Shown one piece after another: positions 1 through 8,314 of a stretch of 51,532 nt of DNA. The notes under the pieces are model-generated. The model ran no database searches. It had not been told where the DNA came from and worked only from the letters and a program-made list of their open reading frames with translations. A program made the translations under genes and the position numbers. How positions within the stretch are numbered: position 1 is the first letter of the stretch; every line of letters starts with the position of its first letter. The DNA lies in the IMG/VR virus record IMGVR_UViG_3300016474_000704, positions 1-51,532 of that record; one strand, given 5' to 3'. Source of the DNA: a virus. Lineage: Duplodnaviria > Caudoviricetes.

Positions 1-44
1 CCATTTCTGGACCCTTCCTCTTATAATTAAAACACACACATGAC

Positions 45-446
45 TTATTGTCTCCAATGATCAACCCATTTACTTCTCCACCCTAATTGTTCTTGAGTTT
101 TAATACGATGGCAATTACAACATCTTACTTCACATTTCCTTATTTCAGTTTTTAAACGTTCTAGTGATGCTAATCCATCTGCTAAACGTTTTACCCCAGC
201 TACTTTATCTCCACTCACATGATCAAACTCTAAAACTCGATCATCAGTTATACCACAATCTATACATTTGCCAAATATTTTTAACCAACGCCATAAAAAA
301 GCATAGTTACGTTGTTTAATTAATCTATTGGTTTCTAGTATTTGATCTTTTCTTTTACTATTACTTTTTTTAGTTAGTTGCTTAACTTTTTCTTTATTAT
401 TCAAATAATAGTTTCTACTCCATTCTTTTCTTTCTTCTGGGGTCAT
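45..446 (-). CDS. HNH endonuclease (free-standing, homing-type)
   Basis: CxxC (CIDC), LEFDH, then CEVRCCNCHRIKT; basic N-terminus. Confidence 0.85.
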   Translation of the reverse strand: MTPEERKEWSRNYYLNNKEKVKQLTKKSNSKRKDQILETNRLIKQRNYAFLWRWLKIFGKCIDCGITDDRVLEFDHVSGDKVAGVKRLADGLASLERLKTEIRKCEVRCCNCHRIKTQEQLGWRSKWVDHWRQ

Positions 447-477
447 GGTGTTTTATTATAAATATGCACCATAACCC
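440..477 (-). promoter_or_regulatory. Putative late promoter ATATTTATA in the loop of an 11-bp hairpin covering the HNH start codon
   Basis: GGGUUAUGGUG pairs with CACCAUGACCC, which contains the AUG; motif at 457-465. Confidence 0.7.
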
Positions 478-487
478 GCGAGGTGGA

Positions 488-1294
488 CTATTCATCGTCC
501 CCCGCCTCTGGTAAACTATATTCAATTTGATTTAATCCTATTCTGAATTTAATGTAACTCTCTGTATCACAATCTCTGTTTTTAGAGAAATAACATTTTC
601 TTTCATCACTTCCTTTAATACGATCCACATGCATCATTCCTTCAGTCATATGTTTTAAACGGTTACTACCTGCGAAATCTCCGGCTTTAGTAACTTGTTG
701 AATATTGATAAATGAAGTGTATCTTTTACCTTTATTCTCTCCTTTCTTCACTTTACTTTGAAGATTCAAAAACCACAATTCAGCAGCACTTTCAGTTGTA
801 CGATAAGTGTCTTTATACATTTCAATCACTTCAGCAATACTATCAATTGCAATCACATCATAACCTTCATTGAAAACATATTCTAAAGTCTCACGAACTG
901 ATTCTGTATAATTCTTCAAAAACAAAGTTGGTACTGTTTTGAAGTTAGGCATTCGGCGGCAGTATTTGAAGTGACCAATTTCATCCATTTCACCTGATAC
1001 AAACAATACTTTCTTACCACGTGAAGCTAATTTGCTCAACATATCTAATACTACTGTACTCTTACCTGAACCCGGACCTCCACAAATAATCATATTCACA
1101 GCAGGCATCAAACCTTTCTGACTTGATAGAATTGAATCCATCAATGTTCCTGTACTCATAGGTCGGAAAACATTCTCGTTAAAGTTCAATTCTGAACCTT
1201 TGAAGATTTGAACTGATTTTGGATCAAATGCTACCACTTCTACTTGGTTCTTTTTTGGACGACCTTTACCTCTTTTAATTACTAAATTGTTCAT
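488..1294 (-). CDS. RadA/Sms-like RecA-superfamily ATPase with N-terminal AT-hook-like motif
   Basis: Walker A GGPGSGKS, FVSGE, Walker B IAIDS, AGSNRLKH, KNR; no Zn finger or Lon-like domain. Confidence 0.75.
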   Translation of the reverse strand: MNNLVIKRGKGRPKKNQVEVVAFDPKSVQIFKGSELNFNENVFRPMSTGTLMDSILSSQKGLMPAVNMIICGGPGSGKSTVVLDMLSKLASRGKKVLFVSGEMDEIGHFKYCRRMPNFKTVPTLFLKNYTESVRETLEYVFNEGYDVIAIDSIAEVIEMYKDTYRTTESAAELWFLNLQSKVKKGENKGKRYTSFINIQQVTKAGDFAGSNRLKHMTEGMMHVDRIKGSDERKCYFSKNRDCDTESYIKFRIGLNQIEYSLPEAGDDE

Positions 1295-1319
1295 GTGTGT
1301 TAATTATTTTTAATTATAT

Positions 1320-1353
1320 CTAAATATAACATCAAAATCCTGTGAAGCCAAAC
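1320..1353 (-). promoter_or_regulatory. Bacteroidota-type strong promoter repeat, copy 1
   Basis: TTTG-N20-TATATTTA preceded by GATGT. Confidence 0.8.
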
Positions 1354-1354
1354 C

Positions 1355-1558
1355 TTAGTTTATAGATTTGAAATGAGTAACAAACTGACTTGGTGTAAAA
1401 TTCAATTCAAAACCACTACACCACCCTTTGATACCCTCTACACAGATATCTCCATCTTCATGATCAACTAGTTCTACAACATCTCCTTGCATTACAACCA
1501 CAGATAAATTATCTACTGATTCTAACCCCTTAATACATTCGAATTTAAATTTTGCCAT
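1355..1558 (-). CDS. Hypothetical early protein
   Basis: 67-aa ORF directly after a promoter repeat. Confidence 0.7.
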   Translation of the reverse strand: MAKFKFECIKGLESVDNLSVVVMQGDVVELVDHEDGDICVEGIKGWCSGFELNFTPSQFVTHFKSIN

Positions 1559-1582
1559 TTTGTATGTGTTTTTTAATTATGA

Positions 1583-1616
1583 CTAAATATAACATCACTT
1601 TCTCTGAAAGCCAAAC
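1583..1616 (-). promoter_or_regulatory. Promoter repeat, copy 2
   Basis: TTTG-N20-TATATTTA. Confidence 0.8.
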
Positions 1617-1622
1617 AAGAGG

Positions 1623-1811
1623 TTAATTTTCTTCTTCTTCAATCAAACCTAGATCTTCTACATATTCCATAAAGTCTTTTACATATTGTTCAAACTTATC
1701 AGGCTGTAGAAAAAGTATCTCTTTCAAGGTTCTTGTAAGGATTTCTGAATCAATCTCAATTGCACTTTCTACATAGGCATCAATCAACTTTTCTTTTCTT
1801 TCAATTGTCAT
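1623..1811 (-). CDS. Hypothetical acidic early protein
   Basis: 62-aa ORF after promoter; ACACATG start context. Confidence 0.7.
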   Translation of the reverse strand: MTIERKEKLIDAYVESAIEIDSEILTRTLKEILFLQPDKFEQYVKDFMEYVEDLGLIEEEEN

Positions 1812-1834
1812 GTGTTACTTATTTTTAATTATAA

Positions 1835-1868
1835 CTAAATATAACATCCTCATTTTGGGAGGCCAAAC
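1835..1868 (-). promoter_or_regulatory. Promoter repeat, copy 3
   Basis: TTTG-N20-TATATTTA. Confidence 0.8.
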
Positions 1869-1874
1869 AAGAGG

Positions 1875-2102
1875 TTACTTTATAATAACCACTGTTTTTG
1901 TATAAAACTCTTCATTATCACCTTCATCATCTACAACCTTATCCATTCTATGATAATCAGAGTACTTAACCATACCTTCATCAATATCCCTTACATTACT
2001 TGCTACTTCGGTTCCCCAATAATCACCGTAGTTATAAGCAAATTTTACTTCCATGTTTGGGTCAAAACCCTCTAATGATTCAATCAATTCTTTTACTGTC
2101 AT
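1875..2102 (-). CDS. Hypothetical phage protein (MTVKELIE-type N-terminus)
   Basis: 75-aa ORF after promoter. Confidence 0.75.
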   Translation of the reverse strand: MTVKELIESLEGFDPNMEVKFAYNYGDYWGTEVASNVRDIDEGMVKYSDYHRMDKVVDDEGDNEEFYTKTVVIIK

Positions 2103-2119
2103 GTGTTTCTAATTTATAC

Positions 2120-2153
2120 CTGAATATAACATCTATTTCCTATGAAGCCAAAC
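2120..2153 (-). promoter_or_regulatory. Promoter repeat, copy 4
   Basis: TTTG-N20-TATATTCA. Confidence 0.8.
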
Positions 2154-2163
2154 ATGAGGTGAA

Positions 2164-2343
2164 TTACTTTTCATCCACCTCAAACACAACATCCCTATCA
2201 TGGGTTGTGATTTTTTCTTCATCAATCAATTCAAATGCTTCACCTCTCAAATAATTGGCTAATGCATCTCCTTCATTAAAGGCTTCCACTTCAAACACTC
2301 TAACTACTGTTGCTGGTACAATTGCTTTTACTAAATATTTCAT
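2164..2343 (-). CDS. Hypothetical early protein (start revised to MKYLVKA)
   Basis: The longer ORF call runs through a promoter and terminator; ATG at 2343 follows the promoter. Confidence 0.7.
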   Translation of the reverse strand: MKYLVKAIVPATVVRVFEVEAFNEGDALANYLRGEAFELIDEEKITTHDRDVVFEVDEK

Positions 2344-2360
2344 GTGCTTTAAATTTATAT

Positions 2361-2394
2361 CTGAATATAACATCCTTACCCTACAGAGCCAAAC
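2361..2394 (-). promoter_or_regulatory. Promoter repeat, copy 5
   Basis: TTTG-N20-TATATTCA. Confidence 0.8.
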
Positions 2395-2404
2395 AAGGGG
2401 GTAC

Positions 2405-2434
2405 AAAAGAGAAGCGGCGCCCGCTGGCACCGCT
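2405..2434 (-). terminator. Intrinsic terminator
   Basis: AGCGGUGCC-AGCG-GGCGCCGCU stem followed by UCUCUUUU. Confidence 0.65.
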
Positions 2435-2467
2435 ACCCCAAAACACATGGCAACTTGGCCTTAAGAA

Positions 2468-2680
2468 TTAGGCCGTTTGACGTTCAGCGTTACGCTGGCG
2501 ACGTCGAGAGATGTTGTACATTGCAGAAGCAACATCTGGATTGATTGAACGATTTCCGTTCACAATGTTTGATACATGACTAACAGAATAACCTGTCATG
2601 TCTGCGATACGCTGGGTATCACCTGAACGCTTACGAGCGTTGTAGAAAGCCAATTTGGCTGTTGAATTTAAACGACGCAT
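2468..2680 (-). CDS. Small HTH DNA-binding protein (XRE-like)
   Basis: TQRIADMTGYSVSHVSNIVNG HTH pattern; basic. Confidence 0.7.
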   Translation of the reverse strand: MRRLNSTAKLAFYNARKRSGDTQRIADMTGYSVSHVSNIVNGNRSINPDVASAMYNISRRRQRNAERQTA

Positions 2681-2706
2681 AACTGTTTATTTAATTAAAA
2701 AATTAG

Positions 2707-2778
2707 TTGCGGAGATAGGATTCGAACCTATGACCTCCAGGTTATGAGCCTGGCGAGCTACCTCTGCTCTACTCCACG
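2707..2778 (-). tRNA. tRNA-Met(CAT), initiator-like
   Basis: Cloverleaf; CCAGG-CTCATAA-CCTGG anticodon arm; GGTTCGAATCC T-arm; C1:A72 mismatch; no encoded CCA. Confidence 0.9.
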
Positions 2779-2792
2779 ATATAAAAAACTAG

Positions 2793-2878
2793 TACCCGGG
2801 GCCGGACTCGAACCGGCACAACCATTTCTGGTCGAGGGATTTTAAGTCCCTTGCGTCTACCTATTTCGCCACCCGGGC
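2793..2878 (-). tRNA. tRNA-Leu(TAA)
   Basis: GCCCGGG acceptor; AGGGA-CTTAAAA-TCCCT anticodon arm; long variable arm; GGTTCGAGTCC. Confidence 0.92.
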
Positions 2879-2922
2879 ATATGTGGGCCTTGCACCCACT
2901 CGGGAGCATGTGTAACCTCCAC

Positions 2923-3117
2923 TTAGGCCTCAGTAGCCGTCTCAACCTGTTTGGTTGATGGGCGTCCCCGCTTCACAACCCCTCCATTTGCAGCTGCGCG
3001 TGCTGCTTTTTCGGCGAGGCGTTGTTGACGTTTGCTAGTTGCTACCACTGGGCGACCTTTTGATTTTGTTGTTTCTGGTGCAGTTACTGTTGCTGTTGTT
3101 GTTTCTGAATTATTCAT
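2923..3117 (-). CDS. Small basic protein with two AT-hook-like GRP motifs
   Basis: KGRP and KRGRP; follows a promoter repeat. Confidence 0.7.
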   Translation of the reverse strand: MNNSETTTATVTAPETTKSKGRPVVATSKRQQRLAEKAARAAANGGVVKRGRPSTKQVETATEA

Positions 3118-3152
3118 AACCTTTATTTTTATTATTTATTTTTACTTATACT

Positions 3153-3186
3153 ATTAATATAACATCCTTTTTTTATGAAGCCAAAC
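3153..3186 (-). promoter_or_regulatory. Promoter repeat, copy 6
   Basis: TTTG-N20-TATATTAA. Confidence 0.75.
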
Positions 3187-3231
3187 TTATTTTTACCTGT
3201 TTTGCCTACCTGATCCTCCTACCTGTTTCTC

Positions 3232-3402
3232 CTACCAATTCCAAATCCAAACTAAAATGGTTACCCAAAACGCTGTTACTAAAAACCAATAAATTACTCG
3301 AACAATTTCATATTCTGATTCTTTCATTTGCTGAAAAAACTCAGCTAGCCATGCAATTGCACAACCTATTAAAATTACTACTGCAAATAAGAACCAGAAC
3401 AT
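3232..3402 (-). CDS. 56-aa two-TM membrane protein (not in ORF track)
   Basis: MFWFLFAVVILIGCAIAWLAEFFQQMKESEYEIVRVIYWFLVTAFWVTILVWIWNW; directly after promoter copy 7. Confidence 0.7.
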   Translation of the reverse strand: MFWFLFAVVILIGCAIAWLAEFFQQMKESEYEIVRVIYWFLVTAFWVTILVWIWNW

Positions 3403-3423
3403 GTGTTGCTTTTTTATTTATAT

Positions 3424-3457
3424 CTAAATATAACATCAGATTCTGTGAAAGCCAAAC
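3424..3457 (-). promoter_or_regulatory. Promoter repeat, copy 7
   Basis: TTTG-N20-TATATTTA. Confidence 0.8.
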
Positions 3458-3787
3458 AAGTCTTGTTCTCTCTACCTGTTCTTCCTGCCATTTTTTGTAT
3501 ATACTTATATATCTTATCGATAGAAAGGCTTGGCCTGTGCGGGGTGGGGGGGTTACCTACCCCTCCCTTCTACATACCCCATCCCCCTACCGTTTGTCAC
3601 ATATACTTATATCCTTATATCCCTATATTTTGATATCCGTATTCTATACCCCATTTGCCTAACAGTGGGTCACACTTGTTACCCTATCACCTCTTGTTTC
3701 TCCTACCCATAAACTTTAGTTTACCGACCCCATTTCCCTACTTGTTTCTCCCACACAGTACACACTTGTTCTCCCTACCCTGTTTTT

Positions 3788-3997
3788 CTACTTGATTCTC
3801 CTACTATCTAGAAAACGTTTTACACCCATTCCTCCTAGCACCGATAGTAGAATAAGAGATATTGTGTACGCTGTATCAGGATATTGTTCTATTGTCACCG
3901 TTAGTCCCACTGACAGTATAAGTGTTAGTAGAGTTAGTACTGAATATATTATTGCTGTTTTCATTTTTATTTCTGTTTTGGTTTCTACCTGTTTCAC
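3788..3997 (-). CDS. Small two-TM membrane protein
   Basis: Two hydrophobic helices. Confidence 0.6.
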   Translation of the reverse strand: MKQVETKTEIKMKTAIIYSVLTLLTLILSVGLTVTIEQYPDTAYTISLILLSVLGGMGVKRFLDSRRIK

Positions 3998-4210
3998 CTA
4001 CTTGTTCCTCCCACTATATAACATTATCACACCCATAACAAATAAGACAAATAAAACAAAGAATAGAATTGCTATTGGTAACCACAATGGACTAGTTACC
4101 CACCACCAACTCCAATCTATATTACCTGTTAGTTTAAGTACTAGAAACACTACAAATAGTATTGTTAATATACTTGAATTGATTGGCATTATGTTTTGTT
4201 CTTTACTCAT
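3998..4210 (-). CDS. Small membrane protein (LKLTG.IDWSWWWV..PLW family)
   Basis: Motif common in small phage membrane proteins; start revised. Confidence 0.7.
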   Translation of the reverse strand: MSKEQNIMPINSSILTILFVVFLVLKLTGNIDWSWWWVTSPLWLPIAILFFVLFVLFVMGVIMLYSGRNK

Positions 4211-4211
4211 A

Positions 4212-4592
4212 TTATTCTGCTGTACAAATATACATCCATGCATAGTCACTATAACGGATTGTTAAGGCAACATCTGTTTCATCAAGTGTAGTTAGAAACA
4301 CCCAACAATAACTTCCTTTTTTATCCATTGCCTTCCACATCACAGTTTCATCTTGACGCCCCATTTCTTTTATGATTTGATACACTTGATGACCTTCACT
4401 ATAAATGATAATTTCATGGTCATTGAATTGGACTAGAATATCTACAGCAGATGGTCCTTTAACCCATGCAATTTCATCCTCATATGTTACTTCACCTAGG
4501 TAGAATTGATATGCTCTACCCATTAATGATTCTTGGGAGAATGATACTAATGACGTTAGTGTTATTAGTAGTGTTAAGATTAGTTTTTTCAT
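4212..4592 (-). CDS. Secreted hypothetical protein
   Basis: Signal peptide ending SFS|Q. Confidence 0.7.
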   Translation of the reverse strand: MKKLILTLLITLTSLVSFSQESLMGRAYQFYLGEVTYEDEIAWVKGPSAVDILVQFNDHEIIIYSEGHQVYQIIKEMGRQDETVMWKAMDKKGSYCWVFLTTLDETDVALTIRYSDYAWMYICTAE

Positions 4593-5161
4593 TTTAAATT
4601 ATAATATTCTTTTATTTCATCCAATTGTGACGGATCAACCATAAACGATTCCCAATCATCTTTTTCTATCTCAACATCCTTAACATCAATATAAAATGTT
4701 TTAGGAATGAATGGAAATGATTTAATATATCCTCTACTGCTTATCATCTTACTTTGGTCTCCTGTTTTATAGTCTTCTTCATTAATCCAACACCTACCTG
4801 TCCAACAAACACCATTTTGATCTCGTTTTACTATAGCATCAATGTAATATGCTTCTCCATCTTCACCGTCTTTAAATAAAGCAGAGCAACGTTTGTTTTG
4901 ATACCAAGGTTTTCCATCACTTAAATCTCTCACATCACCCCATTCCTCATCCTTACCTGTGATTGGTAGTAATGTTTCATGGTTTGCTAGTTTATGGAAT
5001 AGGTTAGTAACTACAGGGGCTGAGTATCCTGAATGGCCTTGTTTAGCAAATACTTCCATTAGTTGCATTACTGCTTCTCCTATCATTCCTCCATAATCAG
5101 AGTCTTTATCAAAGAAGCCTGCCATTTGCAGTTCTAGTTTTGCGTGGTCAATTGAGTTCAT
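4589..5161 (-). CDS. Hypothetical phage protein
   Basis: 190 aa; QGHSGYSA and YQNKRCS motifs; overlapping start/stop. Confidence 0.75.
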   Translation of the reverse strand: MNSIDHAKLELQMAGFFDKDSDYGGMIGEAVMQLMEVFAKQGHSGYSAPVVTNLFHKLANHETLLPITGKDEEWGDVRDLSDGKPWYQNKRCSALFKDGEDGEAYYIDAIVKRDQNGVCWTGRCWINEEDYKTGDQSKMISSRGYIKSFPFIPKTFYIDVKDVEIEKDDWESFMVDPSQLDEIKEYYNLK

Positions 5162-5358
5162 AGGTAACTTTGTTGAGGTTTATCGTTAGGTGTTTTTAGT
5201 GATTCGTGATGTGGAATGTGTTTACTTGATTCAATACGTTCTAGATTATCTAATTGCTTTTTATAAGAAGTCAATTCAGTTTCAAGTATTAATTTTTCTG
5301 TTTGTAAATTTTTAATATGTTCTTTACAATCAGCTATTGCTCTTTCTATTTTATTCAT
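5158..5358 (-). CDS. Hypothetical coiled-coil protein
   Basis: ORF in tight operon. Confidence 0.65.
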   Translation of the reverse strand: MNKIERAIADCKEHIKNLQTEKLILETELTSYKKQLDNLERIESSKHIPHHESLKTPNDKPQQSYL

Positions 5359-5367
5359 ATTTTTATT

Positions 5368-5589
5368 TTATTTTATACTGTCATCATAAATACATCCTTT
5401 CTCTTGCTTAACATCAACTCTTTGTCTACAAAAAACTTCATCAATTGTATCCTCAGAGTATCCATCAAGTTTAAGAGCCAGTTCAATTGATTCTCTAATT
5501 GCGTAAGGATAGTAGCAATGTTTCATGTCAATTTCAACAACAGCTGATTGTCTGCTGTCGGGGGTGTTTCTGTCAATTATAATTTTCAT
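5368..5589 (-). CDS. Hypothetical protein
   Basis: ORF in tight operon. Confidence 0.65.
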   Translation of the reverse strand: MKIIIDRNTPDSRQSAVVEIDMKHCYYPYAIRESIELALKLDGYSEDTIDEVFCRQRVDVKQEKGCIYDDSIK

Positions 5590-5598
5590 ATTTTTATT

Positions 5599-6339
5599 TT
5601 ATTTTCTAAACCAGTTTATCATTCCATCATAAAAAGCATCTCCGTGATTAATAATACCATAATCTTTTGATTCTTCAAAGTATTGTTTCTCAATTTTTAT
5701 GTCGTCATTATCTTCTTCATCAATGTATTTTGGTGTTATCTTTGTTTGTCTTTTTTCAAGTTCATCCCACCATTGTTTTTGTGTCATATATGAATAGTCA
5801 GGTTCAATTTTAATTTCACCAGGTTCATATCCAAGTAATATTTTAGCAGGTAGACCATAATACCAAATCTTTCTTCCATTTTCTTCTTCAGGATTAATGA
5901 AGTTGAATGGGTGTTCAATCATTTCATCAATTTTATTACTTGCCGCAGCTAAAGCCCCCTTCAAATCACGATAATGGAATTTATATACAGGTTTTCCATT
6001 TGCATATATTTTACAAATACCACCATTTCTTATATCCCATTCATCCCACTTATATTTTGTGCTATTATGTTGCTCATAATCAACTTTCCAGCATACACGA
6101 TGAACACCTTTATCAATATAAGGAATAAGTTCTCGTTCAGGATTACCTATTTCTGTGTCATATTGAGAATAATCTAACCACCAAGTATCAGGGCATCCAT
6201 TATATTTTCCTAAATTATGTTTGTATCCTTCAATACTATAAACAGGATACATTTTTTCATAGATTTGGATTTCAAATATCTTTCTAATATTATGTTCCCC
6301 AAAATAGTCTTTTGCTTGTTGTAATGTTAAAACACTCAT
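5599..6339 (-). CDS. Hypothetical protein (start revised to MSVLTLQ)
   Basis: Long ORF; A-rich context before ATG at 6339. Confidence 0.7.
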   Translation of the reverse strand: MSVLTLQQAKDYFGEHNIRKIFEIQIYEKMYPVYSIEGYKHNLGKYNGCPDTWWLDYSQYDTEIGNPERELIPYIDKGVHRVCWKVDYEQHNSTKYKWDEWDIRNGGICKIYANGKPVYKFHYRDLKGALAAASNKIDEMIEHPFNFINPEEENGRKIWYYGLPAKILLGYEPGEIKIEPDYSYMTQKQWWDELEKRQTKITPKYIDEEDNDDIKIEKQYFEESKDYGIINHGDAFYDGMINWFRK

Positions 6340-6343
6340 ATTT

Positions 6344-6565
6344 TTATTTTTTGTATATTTCATTATAGTAAGATATTGAATTATCAATAATCATTTGACT
6401 TGTAACTGATTTAGCATTCAGACTTTGCCCATCATAATAAGCATCTTCAATCTGCTCACGCTCCATTTCCAAATACATGTCCCAGTTAATTACCATTTTA
6501 GTCCCTAATTTTACTTCAGAGTCTATACTTTCTCTTAAAAGTTGGATTGCTGTTTGTTTACTCAT
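6344..6565 (-). CDS. MSKQTA-family small protein
   Basis: Paralog of 6562..6807. Confidence 0.75.
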   Translation of the reverse strand: MSKQTAIQLLRESIDSEVKLGTKMVINWDMYLEMEREQIEDAYYDGQSLNAKSVTSQMIIDNSISYYNEIYKK

Positions 6566-6807
6566 TGCTCACCTCCTTTGTATGTGTTGATATAGTATTG
6601 TTCAGCATCTATCTCTCCAGCCACATCCAAAATATTGTCTAAACCATACTCACCATTCCATCCCTCACCACTTGCTTTGAATCCTTCACAGTAGTCATAT
6701 ATGGATTGTTGTTTTTCCATTTCTTTGGCTATTTGAAAAATTTCGCAATCGTCATCATATCCTTTCAAGTTATCAATCAACCACTCAACCGCTGTTTGTT
6801 TACTCAT
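6562..6807 (-). CDS. MSKQTA-family small protein
   Basis: KQTAVEWL, AKEMEKQQ, EQYY. Confidence 0.75.
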   Translation of the reverse strand: MSKQTAVEWLIDNLKGYDDDCEIFQIAKEMEKQQSIYDYCEGFKASGEGWNGEYGLDNILDVAGEIDAEQYYINTYKGGEQ

Positions 6808-7034
6808 TGCTTCTCTTGTTTTAATTGTTCAACAACCCATTCAGCACCTGCTCTGTATTCATAATATAAATTTGAATAGTTAGTAGCCATTTTATGAATT
6901 TCTTCAGTGGTTGGTACTTCAATTGGGGTGAATTGAAGCATGATGCCATTTGTACTTAACATCATATCACTTTGATATTTCTCTCTTGCTAACTCAATAG
7001 CTTCTCGTAGTTGTTCTTCTGTGTATAGTTTCAT
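6804..7034 (-). CDS. Hypothetical protein (MKLYTEEQ type)
   Basis: ATGA-coupled ORF. Confidence 0.7.
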   Translation of the reverse strand: MKLYTEEQLREAIELAREKYQSDMMLSTNGIMLQFTPIEVPTTEEIHKMATNYSNLYYEYRAGAEWVVEQLKQEKQ

Positions 7035-7039
7035 AACCT

Positions 7040-7129
7040 TTATTTTCCGTAAATTAAATGAAGTTCATATTCACCTTCGGTCATAACAACATATTGACCA
7101 TTAACCTTGATAAGATACATTCTTTCCAT
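7040..7129 (-). CDS. 29-aa peptide (not in ORF track)
   Basis: MERMYLIKVNGQYVVMTEGEYELHLIYGK; directly after promoter copy 8. Confidence 0.55.
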   Translation of the reverse strand: MERMYLIKVNGQYVVMTEGEYELHLIYGK

Positions 7130-7144
7130 AACCTTAATTTATAC

Positions 7145-7178
7145 CTAAATATACGAATAAAATCTGGCGAAGCCAAAC
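7145..7178 (-). promoter_or_regulatory. Promoter repeat, copy 8 (TTCG variant)
   Basis: TTTGGC, N20 spacer, TATATTTA. Confidence 0.75.
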
Positions 7179-7180
7179 TT

Positions 7181-7498
7181 TTAGTACAAGTCTTCTGAGA
7201 ATAGTCTGTTTTCAAAATCTATTTTATGGCCATTAGCCATGTGTATTTTAGCCCCTTCCTCTCTATCTACAAACCTATTTTTGCTAGTAAGGAAACCTTG
7301 AACATAATCACCTACTTCTGATTCTACACTTCTAATTCCAGTCACAGCAACCATTGTGTACATACAATGAGAATGTCTATGACCACAGAATACTAATCCG
7401 TGGTCACAGTTAATAGGTAAAACTACACCTTGAGGTATCTCTTTTTTGATTGGTATAAATTTATACCATATGGCAGCACAGAGGATATATTCGTTCAT
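7181..7498 (-). CDS. Hypothetical phage protein
   Basis: CGHRH, QGFLTSKNRFVDR, LFSEDLY. Confidence 0.75.
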   Translation of the reverse strand: MNEYILCAAIWYKFIPIKKEIPQGVVLPINCDHGLVFCGHRHSHCMYTMVAVTGIRSVESEVGDYVQGFLTSKNRFVDREEGAKIHMANGHKIDFENRLFSEDLY

Positions 7499-7511
7499 GT
7501 TTTAGTATTTT

Positions 7512-7907
7512 TTAGTATCCAACAATGTCTGATGAAGTCAAATCATCATTTTCCTTTATCTTTTTTGCTACTTCAATTAACTTTTTAAGACAAGCAAGTT
7601 CAGCCTCTTCATAAGTTGAAGCGGTATATCCCCATCCCTTTTCTACAACTCTGAATTCATACAGATTCATGTATGACCTATCAACAAGTGGCATTAAGTT
7701 ATACTTATTTCTTAAGAATCTGAATGCCTGTTGGTAAAGTGGAGCTTTCACCCCACTATGTGAATCACATGAATCAGGAGTGTGTAATAGCATTTCAGGA
7801 ACTTTTTTATAGACATACTCATAATAACAAGCCCCCATACAGTACTCATCAAATCCAAGTTCTTGGAGAGCTAATGCCTCCTCATATTTTACATATTCTT
7901 CTTCCAT
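7512..7907 (-). CDS. Hypothetical phage protein
   Basis: ALALQELGFDE, APLYQQAFRF, TYEEAELACL. Confidence 0.75.
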   Translation of the reverse strand: MEEEYVKYEEALALQELGFDEYCMGACYYEYVYKKVPEMLLHTPDSCDSHSGVKAPLYQQAFRFLRNKYNLMPLVDRSYMNLYEFRVVEKGWGYTASTYEEAELACLKKLIEVAKKIKENDDLTSSDIVGY

Positions 7908-7910
7908 GTC

Positions 7911-8090
7911 TTAGTCTTTATCTATTAAGTTGTAAACTATTTTCCAAGTAGCAACTACTGTCACAATAGCACTACACCCAATCAAAACCACTATTGCTGA
8001 GTCTGGGTAAGCATAGACTACAAAACCAGTTAGTATAATTAGGGCAAATATTGCTATAGTAATAAGAGTTGCTTTGATTTTTGCTTTCAT
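7911..8090 (-). CDS. Small two-TM membrane protein
   Basis: Hydrophobic; start revised to ATGA overlap. Confidence 0.65.
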   Translation of the reverse strand: MKAKIKATLITIAIFALIILTGFVVYAYPDSAIVVLIGCSAIVTVVATWKIVYNLIDKD

Positions 8091-8314
8091 AGTTTTTCTA
8101 TTTCTTGTTTTACCATATTCCAATACATTAATCTTTTATCTTGGTAGCGAGGGTCTTTTAATTCACTACCCTTACATTGTTCAAGTATGATTTGGTCTAC
8201 TGATAGTATAGCACACTTTTTAGCATTTTCTTGTTTCATATTATCACTTAAAAATGACATTATTGTATCTCTGAATCTATCAGTTAATTCTAATGCTTTT
8301 TCGTGTGGTGTCAT
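8087..8314 (-). CDS. MTP.EKA-family small protein
   Basis: Paralog of 8311..8547. Confidence 0.75.
   Translation of the reverse strand: MTPHEKALELTDRFRDTIMSFLSDNMKQENAKKCAILSVDQIILEQCKGSELKDPRYQDKRLMYWNMVKQEIEKL

Larger units (their letters stand above)
3193..4010. repeat. Dispersed CTAC(C/T)TGTT(T)CTCC-like and TATACTTATATC-like repeats in a strand-skewed region
   Basis: Degenerate copies near 3193-3236, 3470, 3690, 3737, 3762-3805 and 3984-4010. Confidence 0.55.

Noticed and set aside
1320-3457. CRISPR array or integron attC sites
   Set aside because: The repeats are bipartite with a variable middle, are separated by whole genes and match a promoter consensus; no cas1/cas2 or integrase is present.
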